A stretch of DNA of 56,363 nt. Origin: a virus (taxonomy: Duplodnaviria; Caudoviricetes). Made by a program: the position numbers and the translations under genes. The notes beneath the pieces were generated by a model that was given only the letters and a program-made list of their open reading frames with translations, had not been told where the DNA came from and searched no databases. Shown here in pieces: positions 36,332-45,596 of the stretch. The first letter of the stretch is position 1; the number at the start of each line of letters is the position of its first letter. The stretch covers positions 1 through 56,363 of IMG/VR virus record IMGVR_UViG_3300049454_000020; one strand, given 5' to 3'.

Positions 36332-37161
36332 GGGACGACTGACACCCCCTCTGCGCCCGTTTGCGCCCCTGCCCCGTCCTGGCCTACCGCCGCGCCTTGT
36401 TCGCCCGCCTGCGTGGCTGTGAGCGGGCCGAGTGCGGCGCGGTAGGCGTCGAGCGTGTCGAGGAGCCACATGAACTCGCTGGCGCCGGGCAGCAGCGGTA
36501 GGCGCTTGATCGACTCCTCGGCTGCGAGGACCGCTTCGAGGACCGAGCGCATGGCGTCCCGATCCGCGACCATGCGCTCCCATTCGCCGGCCTCGCAGGC
36601 GTTCAGCGCGCGGGCGTCGTCGAGTTGCTGGGCCAGGATGTCCCGCTCGGCGACCAGAGCCTCGAAGTACGAGACCTTGGCGGCGTCGAGGACGGTGACG
36701 ACCTCGGCTGGGTTGAGGGCGACCTCGTCGCCGTCCGGCTTGCGCCAGATGTAGCCGGTGCCGTAGTTGTCGACGTGGCGGACGAGCTGGCGCGCCTCGT
36801 CTCGTTCCCGCTCGGCCTGTCGCAGGGCATGACGCGCCAGTTGCTCACCGTGGCGCAGGATGCCGATGGCCAGCTCTGGGCACTCGGCGGTGTGGTCGAA
36901 CGTGACCCGGCCACATCCGGGACACGGCTTGCCGGGGCGCGGGCTTGAGCGGTGCGCCCCGGCCTTGTCGATCACGGCCCTCGCCTCGTCCCGCTCGCGC
37001 TCGGCCTTGGCGAGGCGCTCGCGCAGCTCGTCGACCTCGGCGCCACGGGCGAAGTCCAGCTCCGCGTCCGGCGCGATGCCGAGGAGGTCCATGGCGCTGA
37101 CGCGGTCGGTGATGTCGACCGTCATGGGCGGCGTCTCGGTGACGGGCTGCTGGTCGGTCAT
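36328..37161 (-). CDS. Hypothetical coiled-coil protein
   Basis: Repeated AERERDEAR; CPGC. Confidence 0.7.
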   Translation of the reverse strand: MTDQQPVTETPPMTVDITDRVSAMDLLGIAPDAELDFARGAEVDELRERLAKAERERDEARAVIDKAGAHRSSPRPGKPCPGCGRVTFDHTAECPELAIGILRHGEQLARHALRQAERERDEARQLVRHVDNYGTGYIWRKPDGDEVALNPAEVVTVLDAAKVSYFEALVAERDILAQQLDDARALNACEAGEWERMVADRDAMRSVLEAVLAAEESIKRLPLLPGASEFMWLLDTLDAYRAALGPLTATQAGEQGAAVGQDGAGAQTGAEGVSVVP

Positions 37162-37356
37162 GTGGTCGCTTCCTTGGGCTTCGAGGTAGTCGGCGGCCTG
37201 CTCGGAGAGGTGCGTGGTCTCTTCGTCCCCACGGCGGCTTGACTCCCGAGTACCTGCGCGCTGGGCAGGTCTCGCATTCGTGGCTGTCGCTGGTGACCAT
37301 GCCGTCGCCGTCGACGGTTCGCGAGGTCTCAGCCCATTGGTGGCGGTGTCGTGTGG

Positions 37357-37728
37357 TCATGGTGTTGCCTTCCGTTCGTCGGCGGCGTCGGGGCTCGGCT
37401 GGGCGCGGAGGCAGTGGCAGCCGCAGGGCTGCTCGGCTGCGAGGGCGGCCCAGTCGGCCTCAGACTTCGGCGACGGCCGGCCCTCGTGCTCGATGTCCTC
37501 GGACTCCATCCAGGTGTGGGCCTCGTTCGGGTGCTCGCCGAATTGGCATGGCGTGCACTTGGCGTAGCAAACGATGGCGGCGGTCATGGTGTCCTCCGTC
37601 GGTTGTGGCTCGTGGTGTTGGCCGGCGGCGCAGTGGCGGGAGTTCCGGGCGTCGACCCAGTGGGGTCCGCCGTCGGCGCCGCAGTCGCAGCGGGTGATCG
37701 CCTCGGCGCAGTGGCGGCAGGCAGTCAC
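37357..37728 (-). CDS. Cys/His-rich hypothetical protein
   Basis: GTG start after GAGGAGG; several CxxC pairs. Confidence 0.6.
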   Translation of the reverse strand: MTACRHCAEAITRCDCGADGGPHWVDARNSRHCAAGQHHEPQPTEDTMTAAIVCYAKCTPCQFGEHPNEAHTWMESEDIEHEGRPSPKSEADWAALAAEQPCGCHCLRAQPSPDAADERKATP

Positions 37729-37875
37729 TCGGCCTCCTCGTCGCCCTCCTGTGCCCGGTACACGTCGAAGAGCCAGCCGACGGCGCGCGCTCTGGCGGCC
37801 GGGTCGAGGCGGTCGAGGGTCGCGGCGATGCGGCGTAGGGCGTTGATCGTCGACGGGGGTGGTGGGCTGGGTCAT
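37725..37875 (-). pseudogene. Small gene interrupted by one extra base in a C5 run (or a sequencing error)
   Basis: 151 nt between ATGA and GTGA overlaps; deleting one base gives MTQPTTPSTINALRRIAATLDRLD...EEAE*. Confidence 0.65.
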
Positions 37876-38351
37876 TCGGGGCCTCCTGGGTTGGCGGGCG
37901 CGAACACGGCGCTCGGGTCGTAGTGCGGGTTCGGCTCGGCCTGCTCGAGGCGGGCGCGGCGCTTGTCGTGCTCGACCCATTCGGCGCGGCGGAGCTTGTC
38001 GGGGTCGCCGTCGGGCAGGGCGTCGCGGAGTTGCGCGATGAGGGCGCGGACCTCGTCGGAGCGGTCGTAGCGGGTGGGGTCGGACATCTGGGCCTCGAGG
38101 GCGCGGGCGGCGTTGGCCTCTCGTGCGCGGCGGCGGCGGTCGCGGTCGATCTCGAACGCGCCGCGGCGGATGTGGACCGGCATCAGGTACGCGTCGGACT
38201 CGCCGAAGTGCTGGCGGGCCGCTGCGACGCAGTCGGGCAGGTCCAGCTCGCCGAGGATCGACTGCCAGGCGACGACGGTGGCGTCGTCGACTCGGCGGTT
38301 GTCGAGGCGGGCGATGAAGACGAGCAGCCGGTTGGTGTCCTCGAGGTTCAC
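37872..38351 (-). CDS. Helicase loader/inhibitor-like protein (G39P-like)
   Basis: DNRRVD...AW...L..L....C..A...H.....YLMP; immediately after the replication initiator. Confidence 0.7.
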   Translation of the reverse strand: MNLEDTNRLLVFIARLDNRRVDDATVVAWQSILGELDLPDCVAAARQHFGESDAYLMPVHIRRGAFEIDRDRRRRAREANAARALEAQMSDPTRYDRSDEVRALIAQLRDALPDGDPDKLRRAEWVEHDKRRARLEQAEPNPHYDPSAVFAPANPGGPE

Positions 38352-39208
38352 GGGATGGTTCCTTCGATGGCGAGGCGTTGGGCGTCGTAGGCGGCGAGGC
38401 GCGCGCCTCGGTCGAGGTCGGCGATGGTGCGGTCGTTGAGCAGCAGGCCGTCGCGCTCGTGCTGGCCGTTCGGCGATGCTCGAGGGTTGGCTCTGGCGTT
38501 GAGCATCCAGTTGCGCCAGGTGGCGGCCCAGTCGAGTTTGGTGGCGTCTTTTCCGGTTTTGGACCGCCAGTGGTTGACGAACTTCTCGGTCTCGAGGCGT
38601 CCGTCGACGTTGGGGACCCGCTCCCGAGCCCACTCGACCATTTCCGGCGTGACAGCGAAGTCGTCGGGGAGTCTCGCGCCGCGCTTGCGCGGCCTCACAG
38701 AAGACGAAGTCTTCTGTGTCTGTTCCCCTGTTCCCCTGTTCCCCTGTTCCCCTGTTCCAGGCGCGACAGCCTCGCGAGACTCTCCGGAGTCTCTCGCGAC
38801 ATCGCTCCTGGGATCGCTCTGCACATCGACGTTTCCGCTGGTCAGCGGATCGCCAACGCTCACGCCATCCTCATCGGGCCTCGGATACCGGGGCCTGGCT
38901 GGCTTGTCTACCCGTTGGTGCCTGTCCCACGATCGGACATACAGGTAGCGCTTGCCGCCATGGCTGTACCGGGCTATCAGAGACGCCGCTGAGAGTGTCG
39001 CGAGACCGTCGCGAACGTAGGCTCGGGCACCGGCTGGGTCGTCCTCGAGGGCGAACAGGTCGGCCGAGATCTGGCGGTGGTCGTCGATGCCGACGCCGTT
39101 GTCGTCCACGTAGGACCACAGGCCGATGAACAGCAGGCGCACCTCTCGAGGTAGCCGCTTGATGTCGTCGGACCGCCAGAACTCCGGTTTGATTGACCTG
39201 ATCCGCAA
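38348..39208 (-). CDS. Replication initiator protein
   Basis: RIRSIKPEFW, LLFIGLWSYVDDNG, WDRHQR; C-terminal RLPDDF...KLDWAATWRNW. Confidence 0.85.
   Translation of the reverse strand: MRIRSIKPEFWRSDDIKRLPREVRLLFIGLWSYVDDNGVGIDDHRQISADLFALEDDPAGARAYVRDGLATLSAASLIARYSHGGKRYLYVRSWDRHQRVDKPARPRYPRPDEDGVSVGDPLTSGNVDVQSDPRSDVARDSGESREAVAPGTGEQGNRGTGEQTQKTSSSVRPRKRGARLPDDFAVTPEMVEWARERVPNVDGRLETEKFVNHWRSKTGKDATKLDWAATWRNWMLNARANPRASPNGQHERDGLLLNDRTIADLDRGARLAAYDAQRLAIEGTIP
38721..38758. repeat. 8-bp tandem repeat (TGTTCCCC, about 4.75 copies) in the initiator linker
   Basis: Read directly from sequence. Confidence 0.9.
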
Positions 39209-39242
39209 AAGGTGCCTCCTTCTTTCGACCTGAGGGGATGGG

Positions 39243-39746
39243 TCAGAGCAGCCGGTCCGCGCCGTCCACGGCCGCGCGGAGCCCCTTGAGGACCGCGTCG
39301 AACTCGCGGCGCACGTCGCTTTGGGTGGCCTTGTTCGACGACAGGACCCGGTTGCCGTACACGACCCACTGGTCGATGGCGGCGTGCAGGCGGGCTGCCT
39401 CGATGGCGTTGACCTCTCCGGCGGCGCGTTCCAGGGTGGACGCGGACAGCTCCAGCTCGCCTTCCTCGTTGAGGGTGCCGTAGGCGGTGCGGTGCAGGTG
39501 CAGGGCGCGGAGCACGTTGCGCAGCGTCTCCTCCTGCTCGGGGTTGGCGACCTCGAGGGCTTGGATTCGGACCTTGACGGCCTGCTCTTTGTCCTCGTCG
39601 GGGGCGGGCTCGGTGCGCTCGGCTGACCGGAGTTCTACGACGGCGAGGCGGCGGGAGCCGAGGCGGGCGAACAGGGCTGCGGCGTGCGGGTTCAGCGCCT
39701 CGTTGGCGTTGGTGGCGAGCTTGGCGTCGACCTTGATGGCGGTCAT
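39243..39746 (-). CDS. Hypothetical protein
   Basis: AAAGGA RBS; GC-rich third codon positions. Confidence 0.75.
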   Translation of the reverse strand: MTAIKVDAKLATNANEALNPHAAALFARLGSRRLAVVELRSAERTEPAPDEDKEQAVKVRIQALEVANPEQEETLRNVLRALHLHRTAYGTLNEEGELELSASTLERAAGEVNAIEAARLHAAIDQWVVYGNRVLSSNKATQSDVRREFDAVLKGLRAAVDGADRLL

Positions 39747-39773
39747 TGTGTCCTTTCTGGACGGTTGGGCGGT

Positions 39774-39980
39774 TCAGGCTGGGTCGGTCTCCACGACCGC
39801 CGTGGCGAGCAGGTTCGGGTTGCGGCCCTTGAGCGTCAGCACCGAAGTCCCCGATGCGTGGTGCTGCTCCCCGGCGAGGTGGCACGGCTCGACCACGATG
39901 AGGACGTAGTTGCCGGCCTCGACGGTCCGCTCGGCGCGCTCTCCGGTCTCGTTGTCGATCGCGACGACGGTGATGCTCAC
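39774..39980 (-). CDS. Hypothetical protein
   Basis: GTGA-coupled. Confidence 0.65.
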   Translation of the reverse strand: MSITVVAIDNETGERAERTVEAGNYVLIVVEPCHLAGEQHHASGTSVLTLKGRNPNLLATAVVETDPA

Positions 39981-40597
39981 TGGTCGCTCCCGTCTGCCGC
40001 TGCCCCGTCGCCGCCCGGAGTCAGCGCCGGTTCGGCTGGGCTTCCGGTGGCGACGAACCGGGCGATCGGGGCGATGAACTCGATCAGCTCGGCGGCGAGC
40101 CCCTCGCCGTCCACGTCGTCTTCGAGGACGTGCATGTCGGTGAGCAGCGCCACGGCGAGGCGGCTGCGGATCTCCTGCTCGACGGTGAGGCCGTAGCACT
40201 CCTCGTCGGCTTCGTGGTGCTGGCCGGCCCACTCCACGCCGGCGCCGAAGCCCTCGCGGTGGGCGTCCTCGACCTCGCGTGACGGGATCTCGGCCGGCTC
40301 CTGAGGATCGTCAGCCGCGTAGTCGTGCCCGCACGTCCGGCAGACCATGCCGACCGTCTCTCGGATTCGACCGTTGCATGTCGGGCAGGGCTCTGGCTCC
40401 AGGTCGGCGGTGAGCCGGGCCAGGGCCAGGATCTCGCCAGGGTTGGCGCGAATGGCCCGGACGATCGCCAGGGCCAGGGCGCACGCCTTGGGGTGGTCGT
40501 CGTCGGTGACCTCGCCGTCCTCGTTGAGGTCGTCCTCGATCGTCGACTCGGCGCCGCTGGCCACGATGCCGATGGCGTACTCCTCGATGGTGCTCAT
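39977..40597 (-). CDS. Acidic hypothetical protein with Zn ribbon
   Basis: CPTC...CRTC; ATGA-coupled. Confidence 0.7.
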   Translation of the reverse strand: MSTIEEYAIGIVASGAESTIEDDLNEDGEVTDDDHPKACALALAIVRAIRANPGEILALARLTADLEPEPCPTCNGRIRETVGMVCRTCGHDYAADDPQEPAEIPSREVEDAHREGFGAGVEWAGQHHEADEECYGLTVEQEIRSRLAVALLTDMHVLEDDVDGEGLAAELIEFIAPIARFVATGSPAEPALTPGGDGAAADGSDQ

Positions 40598-40803
40598 TCG
40601 CTGGTCTCGCTCTCTTCGTTGGGTTCTCCGGCGCGGCGCCGGTGCTCGGCCTGCTGGTCTGCGGTGTCGGGCATCTTGTGGGCGCGGTTGCCTTCCGGGA
40701 GGGAGCATTGGCCGCCGTCCGCGGTGGCCCAGCAGCAGCGGCGGACCCGGTCGAGCCAGGCGACGCCGTCGGGCCGGAACACGTGCTTGGTCACCGTCTT
40801 CAC
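40594..40803 (-). CDS. Hypothetical protein
   Basis: Coupled on both sides; H...C...C.LP..N.AH. Confidence 0.6.
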   Translation of the reverse strand: MKTVTKHVFRPDGVAWLDRVRRCCWATADGGQCSLPEGNRAHKMPDTADQQAEHRRRAGEPNEESETSE

Positions 40804-41486
40804 GCGGTCACCTGCCGGCGGAGGTGCTCGGCCAGCCACTCGCCGACGTGCTGCGTGTACGCGGGCGGGATGGCCTGGGTCAGCTCGCGGGCGTTGGCCC
40901 AGGGCATTCGCATGATCCGGCGGGCGCGGTCGAGGCCTGCGCGCATGTCGCCGTGAGGCCGTCCGTCAGCTCGCCTGCGGCTGGTGGCCGGTCGGTCGTT
41001 TTTCGACAGGTCGCCGTAGACGCCGATGACGCGCCGACCGGAGCAGGCGCAGCCCCCGGCGCCCATCAGGAAGACGTTGGACAGGAATTGGCGGTGCCGG
41101 CGCAGCGTGTACGGGCCGTCGGTGAGGTTGAACTCAGAGCCGCACAGAGTGAGCGAGCCCGGCATGCTGGCCCTGGACACGTTCTCGATCACCCACGGCA
41201 GGCCGGTGGCCTCCAGTGCGGACCTGGTGGCGTCGAGGAGGTGGCCCGTGCCGTCGTGGCCGGTGAGACCGGACAGGGCCGAGTGGTCGTGGCACGGCGG
41301 GCTGGCGTGGATGGCGTCGAACCTTGTCAGGTCCGCGTCGAGCAGCCACGTGAGCGCGTCGGCCCGCACGAACTCGAACGGGTAGCGCGGCTGCGGGACG
41401 CAGTCGACGCCGACCACGTCGAAGCCGGCGCGGCAGTAGCCGACGGCCGCGCCGCCGGCGCCGCAGAACAGGTCGAGGATCCTCAC
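40800..41486 (-). CDS. DNA cytosine-5 methyltransferase (short form)
   Basis: LDLFCGAGG, HASPPC, VIENV, RRHR.F, QAIPPAY. Confidence 0.9.
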   Translation of the reverse strand: MRILDLFCGAGGAAVGYCRAGFDVVGVDCVPQPRYPFEFVRADALTWLLDADLTRFDAIHASPPCHDHSALSGLTGHDGTGHLLDATRSALEATGLPWVIENVSRASMPGSLTLCGSEFNLTDGPYTLRRHRQFLSNVFLMGAGGCACSGRRVIGVYGDLSKNDRPATSRRRADGRPHGDMRAGLDRARRIMRMPWANARELTQAIPPAYTQHVGEWLAEHLRRQVTA

Positions 41487-41713
41487 GTCGCCTCCTCGTA
41501 TCGTGCGGCGATGTAGGCGTCGATCGCGCCCGTGCCTCGGTCGTGGCAGCTCCACGGCACGCCGTTGGCCGCCGCCCACGCCCTCAGCGCGGTCGGTCCT
41601 ATGGAGACGGTGGCGACGGCGACCTGCCGCGCCTCCCGCAGCTCGGCCGCTACCTGCTCGCGGTCCTCGGGGGCGATGACGGGCCACGACAGGGCATTCC
41701 CACGGCGGCTCAC
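41483..41713 (-). CDS. Small protein with Lsr2-like DNA-binding C-terminus (tentative)
   Basis: LRAWAAANG....DRG...IDAY resembles the Lsr2 C-terminal domain. Confidence 0.5.
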   Translation of the reverse strand: MSRRGNALSWPVIAPEDREQVAAELREARQVAVATVSIGPTALRAWAAANGVPWSCHDRGTGAIDAYIAARYEEAT

Positions 41714-41991
41714 GCGACCGCCCCTTGTCGCCGCGCGGTCCCGTCGCGGCCGTTCCACGCGACACCGCCGGCGACGCGGGGGAACTTCTGCGGGTTGGCC
41801 TCCTCGTACCGGCGGCACTCGACCAGGACGGGGCACGCCTCGCACAGGACGAGCGCGCGTCGGTTGGCGGCGGACAGTCCGCAGCCGCCGATGACGAACC
41901 ACTCTGCGGTGTCGGGGCCGCAGGCGGCGCGGTGCCGCCAGCCTTCGCCTCGCGCGTCGAGGCCCCATGCGGTGCGGGTCATGGTGCTCAT
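41710..41991 (-). CDS. whiB: WhiB-family transcription factor
   Basis: W...AAC...WF...C..CPV..EC...VAGG. Confidence 0.85.
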   Translation of the reverse strand: MSTMTRTAWGLDARGEGWRHRAACGPDTAEWFVIGGCGLSAANRRALVLCEACPVLVECRRYEEANPQKFPRVAGGVAWNGRDGTARRQGAVA

Positions 41992-42410
41992 GCCACGTCA
42001 GCCTGTGTCGATGTGCCCTCGTTGTCGAACGGCGGTGTTGACGCGACCGTGTCAACACCCGCGCTTGACAGCGCCACCAGCCTTGTGCGGCGTTTGCGGG
42101 CCGCGTCCCACGCGCGGCATTGCCCGCAGAGCGGCTCGGACCGGTAGCGGTGACGCTGCGCGGCGGCGGCGGTGCCGTGGGGTCGCAGCCTCCGTCCGGC
42201 GGGCTCACCGGTCCAGCCGACAAGCTCCGTCCACGTCTGGTCGTCAGGCACAGCGGCGGCGAGGACGTACAACAGCGCCTCCCGCTCCTCCGGCGTGGTG
42301 ACGGCGTGGAGCCACCTTTGGTTCGCCTCGGGGTCGTCGTCGCGAACCCGTGCGGCGAGCTGCTGCGCGATGGACGCGAGCCGGTCGGCGAGTTCGTCGG
42401 CGGCGGTCAC
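41988..42410 (-). CDS. Hypothetical protein with PHGT...H...CxxC motif
   Basis: Motif read from translation; precedes whiB. Confidence 0.7.
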   Translation of the reverse strand: MTAADELADRLASIAQQLAARVRDDDPEANQRWLHAVTTPEEREALLYVLAAAVPDDQTWTELVGWTGEPAGRRLRPHGTAAAAQRHRYRSEPLCGQCRAWDAARKRRTRLVALSSAGVDTVASTPPFDNEGTSTQADVA

Positions 42411-42576
42411 GACCCACCATCCACGGGCCGGACCTCGGCTGCGGCGAGCAGGTCTTCGCGGATGCCCCAGCCGGGTTGGAACGCGGCGGCGAGCGCCCGT
42501 ACCCGGTCGAGGGCGGCGTCCCGCTCGGCCAGCTCCTGGCGCAGCGTGGCGTTCTCGGCGGCCAGGTCTCGGTCAG
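42407..42576 (-). CDS. Small hypothetical protein (start approximate)
   Basis: SDRDLAAENATLRQELAERDAALDRVRALA fills the gap between neighbours. Confidence 0.45.
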
Positions 42577-43094
42577 ACACCCGCCATCACCTCCGGCCAC
42601 TTCACCTTGCGCAGCGCGGCCCGTTGCGCTTGCGGCATCTCGACCATCGCCGCGCCGTAGTGGTCCGCGCCCATCGCGGCGAGGACGAGCGCGTCGGCCT
42701 CGTCGTTGCCGGCCACTTCGACGGCCGGGAAGCGGCGGATGACCGACGAGAGGACCAGGTCCTTGCTCGCGTTGCCCTTGCCGGTGGCGTACTGCTTCAG
42801 GTGCGCGATCGACACCTGGGCCCATGGGATGCCGGCGGCGTCGACCGCGTCCATGACGAGGTGCCACATGCCGGCGCGGGTGAGGTGCTGGCCGGTCTGG
42901 CTGCTGATGGCGAGGCTCTCCACCACGACGAGGTCCGCGCCGCGGGCGTGGTCCATCACCTCAGCCCTGATGTGCCGGAGCCGACCGAACGCGCCCCACT
43001 TCTCGTCGGGCTTGGTGACGATGCGGCCTACCCAGCCGGCGTTGGACGCGACGCCGGTGGAGGCGAGGCTGAGGTCGAGCCCGAGGATCCTCAT
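42573..43094 (-). CDS. RuvC-like Holliday junction resolvase
   Basis: ILGLDLSLASTG, VVVE, LKQYATGKGNASK, NDEADA. Confidence 0.9.
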   Translation of the reverse strand: MRILGLDLSLASTGVASNAGWVGRIVTKPDEKWGAFGRLRHIRAEVMDHARGADLVVVESLAISSQTGQHLTRAGMWHLVMDAVDAAGIPWAQVSIAHLKQYATGKGNASKDLVLSSVIRRFPAVEVAGNDEADALVLAAMGADHYGAAMVEMPQAQRAALRKVKWPEVMAGV

Positions 43095-43438
43095 GAGCCG
43101 ACTCTCTGGTTCTCCTCGTAGATCCGCTGGTAGTCCTCACGGCTGAGGTCGCGACTGGAGATCACCACCGCGTATTGGTCGGAGCCGGTCTCGACGGGCT
43201 CGACGTGCAATCCGGCGAGCCGGTTGACCGCCTGGTGCAGCTCACCCAGGTCGGGTTGCTCTCTCCAGTCCCAGGTGAGGACGGCATGGGTGAGGCGTCC
43301 GAACCCTGGGAGGCACTGCCAGTGCAGGTGCACTGTGGACATCGGGGTGTCGTGGGGGCCCAGCGCGCTGACGGCATAGGCGACTGCGCCGCCGTCGATG
43401 GGGCCACGGCAGTGGTCGCAGGTGTAGGCGATCGTCAC
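43091..43438 (-). CDS. Hypothetical protein
   Basis: CDHC...HWQC; coupled on both sides. Confidence 0.65.
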   Translation of the reverse strand: MTIAYTCDHCRGPIDGGAVAYAVSALGPHDTPMSTVHLHWQCLPGFGRLTHAVLTWDWREQPDLGELHQAVNRLAGLHVEPVETGSDQYAVVISSRDLSREDYQRIYEENQRVGS

Positions 43439-44337
43439 GACGGGTCCTCGGCCGGGACCTCGGGGTTGAGGATCGGCAGCGTGTCCAGGTGGTCGATGAC
43501 ACGCCGCGCCTCGTCCTTCGTCAGCTCGTTGCGGGACTTGATCTCCCGGCCGACGACGATCGCGATCAGCGCCAGCGCGGCGTCCTTGTCGGCGTAGCCG
43601 CGCTCCTTCAGCAGCGGGAACAGTTTTCGCTGCTGCGGCTGCGTCATCATCTCGACCGCGACGTTCTCCGGCTGCCGCTCCGGCTCGGGCTCCGCCGCCG
43701 GCGGCGGGCCGGCCAGGATCTCAGCCGCGGTGACGCGCGCCGCCGGGGCCGGCGACCAGTCGGGCTGGCCGTCCATCTCCTCGACCGCGTACGGGATGCC
43801 GTGCAGCGCGTCGGCGGCGACCTGGCGGCAGATCTCGGCCTGGCCTCGGGCGACCATCATCTGCTGCGGGTTCTCCTGGTACTTCGCGTTCGTGGTCAGC
43901 TTCGCCTTCTCCACCCGCGCCCGGTCCCAGACCGTCTCGAAGACGTGCTCGGAGCCCCGCCGCCTGCCGCGCACGACGACCCGCGCGTCTGTCTGCTCGG
44001 GGATCCACACCTCGTGGCCTCGGGACTGGACCACGGCGACCATCGACTTGGCGTACATGCCGGGTGTGCCGGAGATGACGAAGATGGCGCGGACGGCGGC
44101 CATCGGCGACAGGCCCAGCTCGAAGCCGGTCAGGATCGCGGCGGCGGTGTCGGCTGGCTTGCCGCGGAAGTGGGTCGGGACGAACGGGGTGCGGCACAGC
44201 GACTCGGCCAGGGACGCGGCGGCGGTCAGCTCCTGCGCCCACTCGACGAGCGACGCGATGGTCGGTGTCGGCGGCGCGGTCTGCTGGTGGAGGGCGAGGC
44301 CGTTGTGGTGCTCGGTCCTCAGGGCTATTTCAGTCAA
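43435..44337 (-). CDS. RecT-like single-strand annealing protein
   Basis: FVPTHFRGKP, GFELGLSPM, P.QM..AR; follows exonuclease; TTG start after GAGGAG. Confidence 0.82.
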   Translation of the reverse strand: MTEIALRTEHHNGLALHQQTAPPTPTIASLVEWAQELTAAASLAESLCRTPFVPTHFRGKPADTAAAILTGFELGLSPMAAVRAIFVISGTPGMYAKSMVAVVQSRGHEVWIPEQTDARVVVRGRRRGSEHVFETVWDRARVEKAKLTTNAKYQENPQQMMVARGQAEICRQVAADALHGIPYAVEEMDGQPDWSPAPAARVTAAEILAGPPPAAEPEPERQPENVAVEMMTQPQQRKLFPLLKERGYADKDAALALIAIVVGREIKSRNELTKDEARRVIDHLDTLPILNPEVPAEDPS

Positions 44338-45196
44338 GGTAAGACTCCTCATGCTGGCGCAGCGCCCAACGCGGGGCGGCGACGAGTTCGATGTCGGTGG
44401 TGTAGGACGGCCAGATGCCGCTGGCGACGCAGTCGCGGTAGACCTCGCGGGCGCGGGCGTTGCGCTCGCGGCCCATGGCCCGGAACTCGGCGTCAAGTTC
44501 GACGACGCTGACGAGGTGCGGGGGGTCTTTTTCCTGGACGACGAACACGAACGCGGGGTCGACGGCAAGGCCGAGCGCGGTGACGCCGTCGAGGTACCAG
44601 GCATCTTGTTGGCAGTAGCCGTAGGCGACGGCCGCGCGGGCGAACACGGCCGGCTCGGCCGACACCGCGGTCTTGTAGTCGGGGACGATCATCCGGCGGC
44701 CGGGGATGGCGCTGGGGAGCCAGTCGAGCATGGCCCGGCATATGACGCCGGTCTTCTGGTCGCGCCACACGAGCGTCTGCTCGGGCTTGCCGCCGTTGAA
44801 CAGCGCCGACGCGTACGGGTGCGCGCGCAGCGCCTTGGCCATGTCGACGACACGGCCCCAGTCGTCCTCCAGCAGGGGCACCTTGCCCGCGCGGTGGGCT
44901 TCGTCACGCTGCTCCTGGGCGGCTTTGGTGCGCCAGTCGCGAGCCGCTACCACGACGACATCCGGGCCTGCGCCGAGCGTCAACTGGTGGGCGGCGTGCC
45001 CGAAGTCGAACGCCTTAGTGGTCTCGGGCGGATGGTCCCGCTCCCAACGGAACCGCGCGGGGCAGTGCGGCGACAGGAGCTTCCTGGCGCCGGACGAGGA
45101 CAGCGAGCCGCCCTCGACGGGGTCGCGGTGGTAGGCGTCGGCGGGAATGTCGTACACACCGGGTTGGCTGACCTGTTGGTCCAGGATGGCGGTCAC
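44330..45196 (-). CDS. RecE/exonuclease VIII-like PD-(D/E)XK nuclease
   Basis: YH, LSSSG, FG.AAH, E.T..W.D, CR..LD, DYKT, Y..Q.AWY, VQEK.PP. Confidence 0.9.
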   Translation of the reverse strand: MTAILDQQVSQPGVYDIPADAYHRDPVEGGSLSSSGARKLLSPHCPARFRWERDHPPETTKAFDFGHAAHQLTLGAGPDVVVVAARDWRTKAAQEQRDEAHRAGKVPLLEDDWGRVVDMAKALRAHPYASALFNGGKPEQTLVWRDQKTGVICRAMLDWLPSAIPGRRMIVPDYKTAVSAEPAVFARAAVAYGYCQQDAWYLDGVTALGLAVDPAFVFVVQEKDPPHLVSVVELDAEFRAMGRERNARAREVYRDCVASGIWPSYTTDIELVAAPRWALRQHEESYLD

Positions 45197-45354
45197 GGCG
45201 TCCCCCCGCACCGGCACCACACCGTGACGCACCGTCCGGAGTGGACGTCGTGGACGTGGTGCCCGCGCTCGCACAGGTCGCAGCAGGTCCGCTCGGGCAG
45301 CGGCGCGGTGACGCCGAACAGCCACCGGGCGAGCCGGGTCAGGACCGCGGTCAT
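45193..45354 (-). CDS. Small Cys/His-rich protein
   Basis: Coupled on both sides. Confidence 0.55.
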   Translation of the reverse strand: MTAVLTRLARWLFGVTAPLPERTCCDLCERGHHVHDVHSGRCVTVWCRCGGTP

Positions 45355-45596
45355 TGGTCGCCGTCCAGGGTCAGCGCCTCGCGGACCTTGCGGGCGAGGC
45401 ACGCGGCGTGCCGGTGGTGGCACGCGTCGTCGTGGGTGCCGCTCTTGCCGCCGTTGACGTCGCGGACGAGGTCGAGGGCCTTGCGAGCGCGTGTCGCGGC
45501 GGCGAGGTCCAGCTCGGCCTTCTCGCACGGGCAGCCTCGGGCCTCGCAGCCGTCCGGGCCGTGGCTGTCGTCGGGGTGGGTGCAGCAGGGGCTCAT
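45351..45596 (-). CDS. Small Cys/His-rich protein
   Basis: ATGA-coupled on both sides. Confidence 0.6.
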   Translation of the reverse strand: MSPCCTHPDDSHGPDGCEARGCPCEKAELDLAAATRARKALDLVRDVNGGKSGTHDDACHHRHAACLARKVREALTLDGDQ

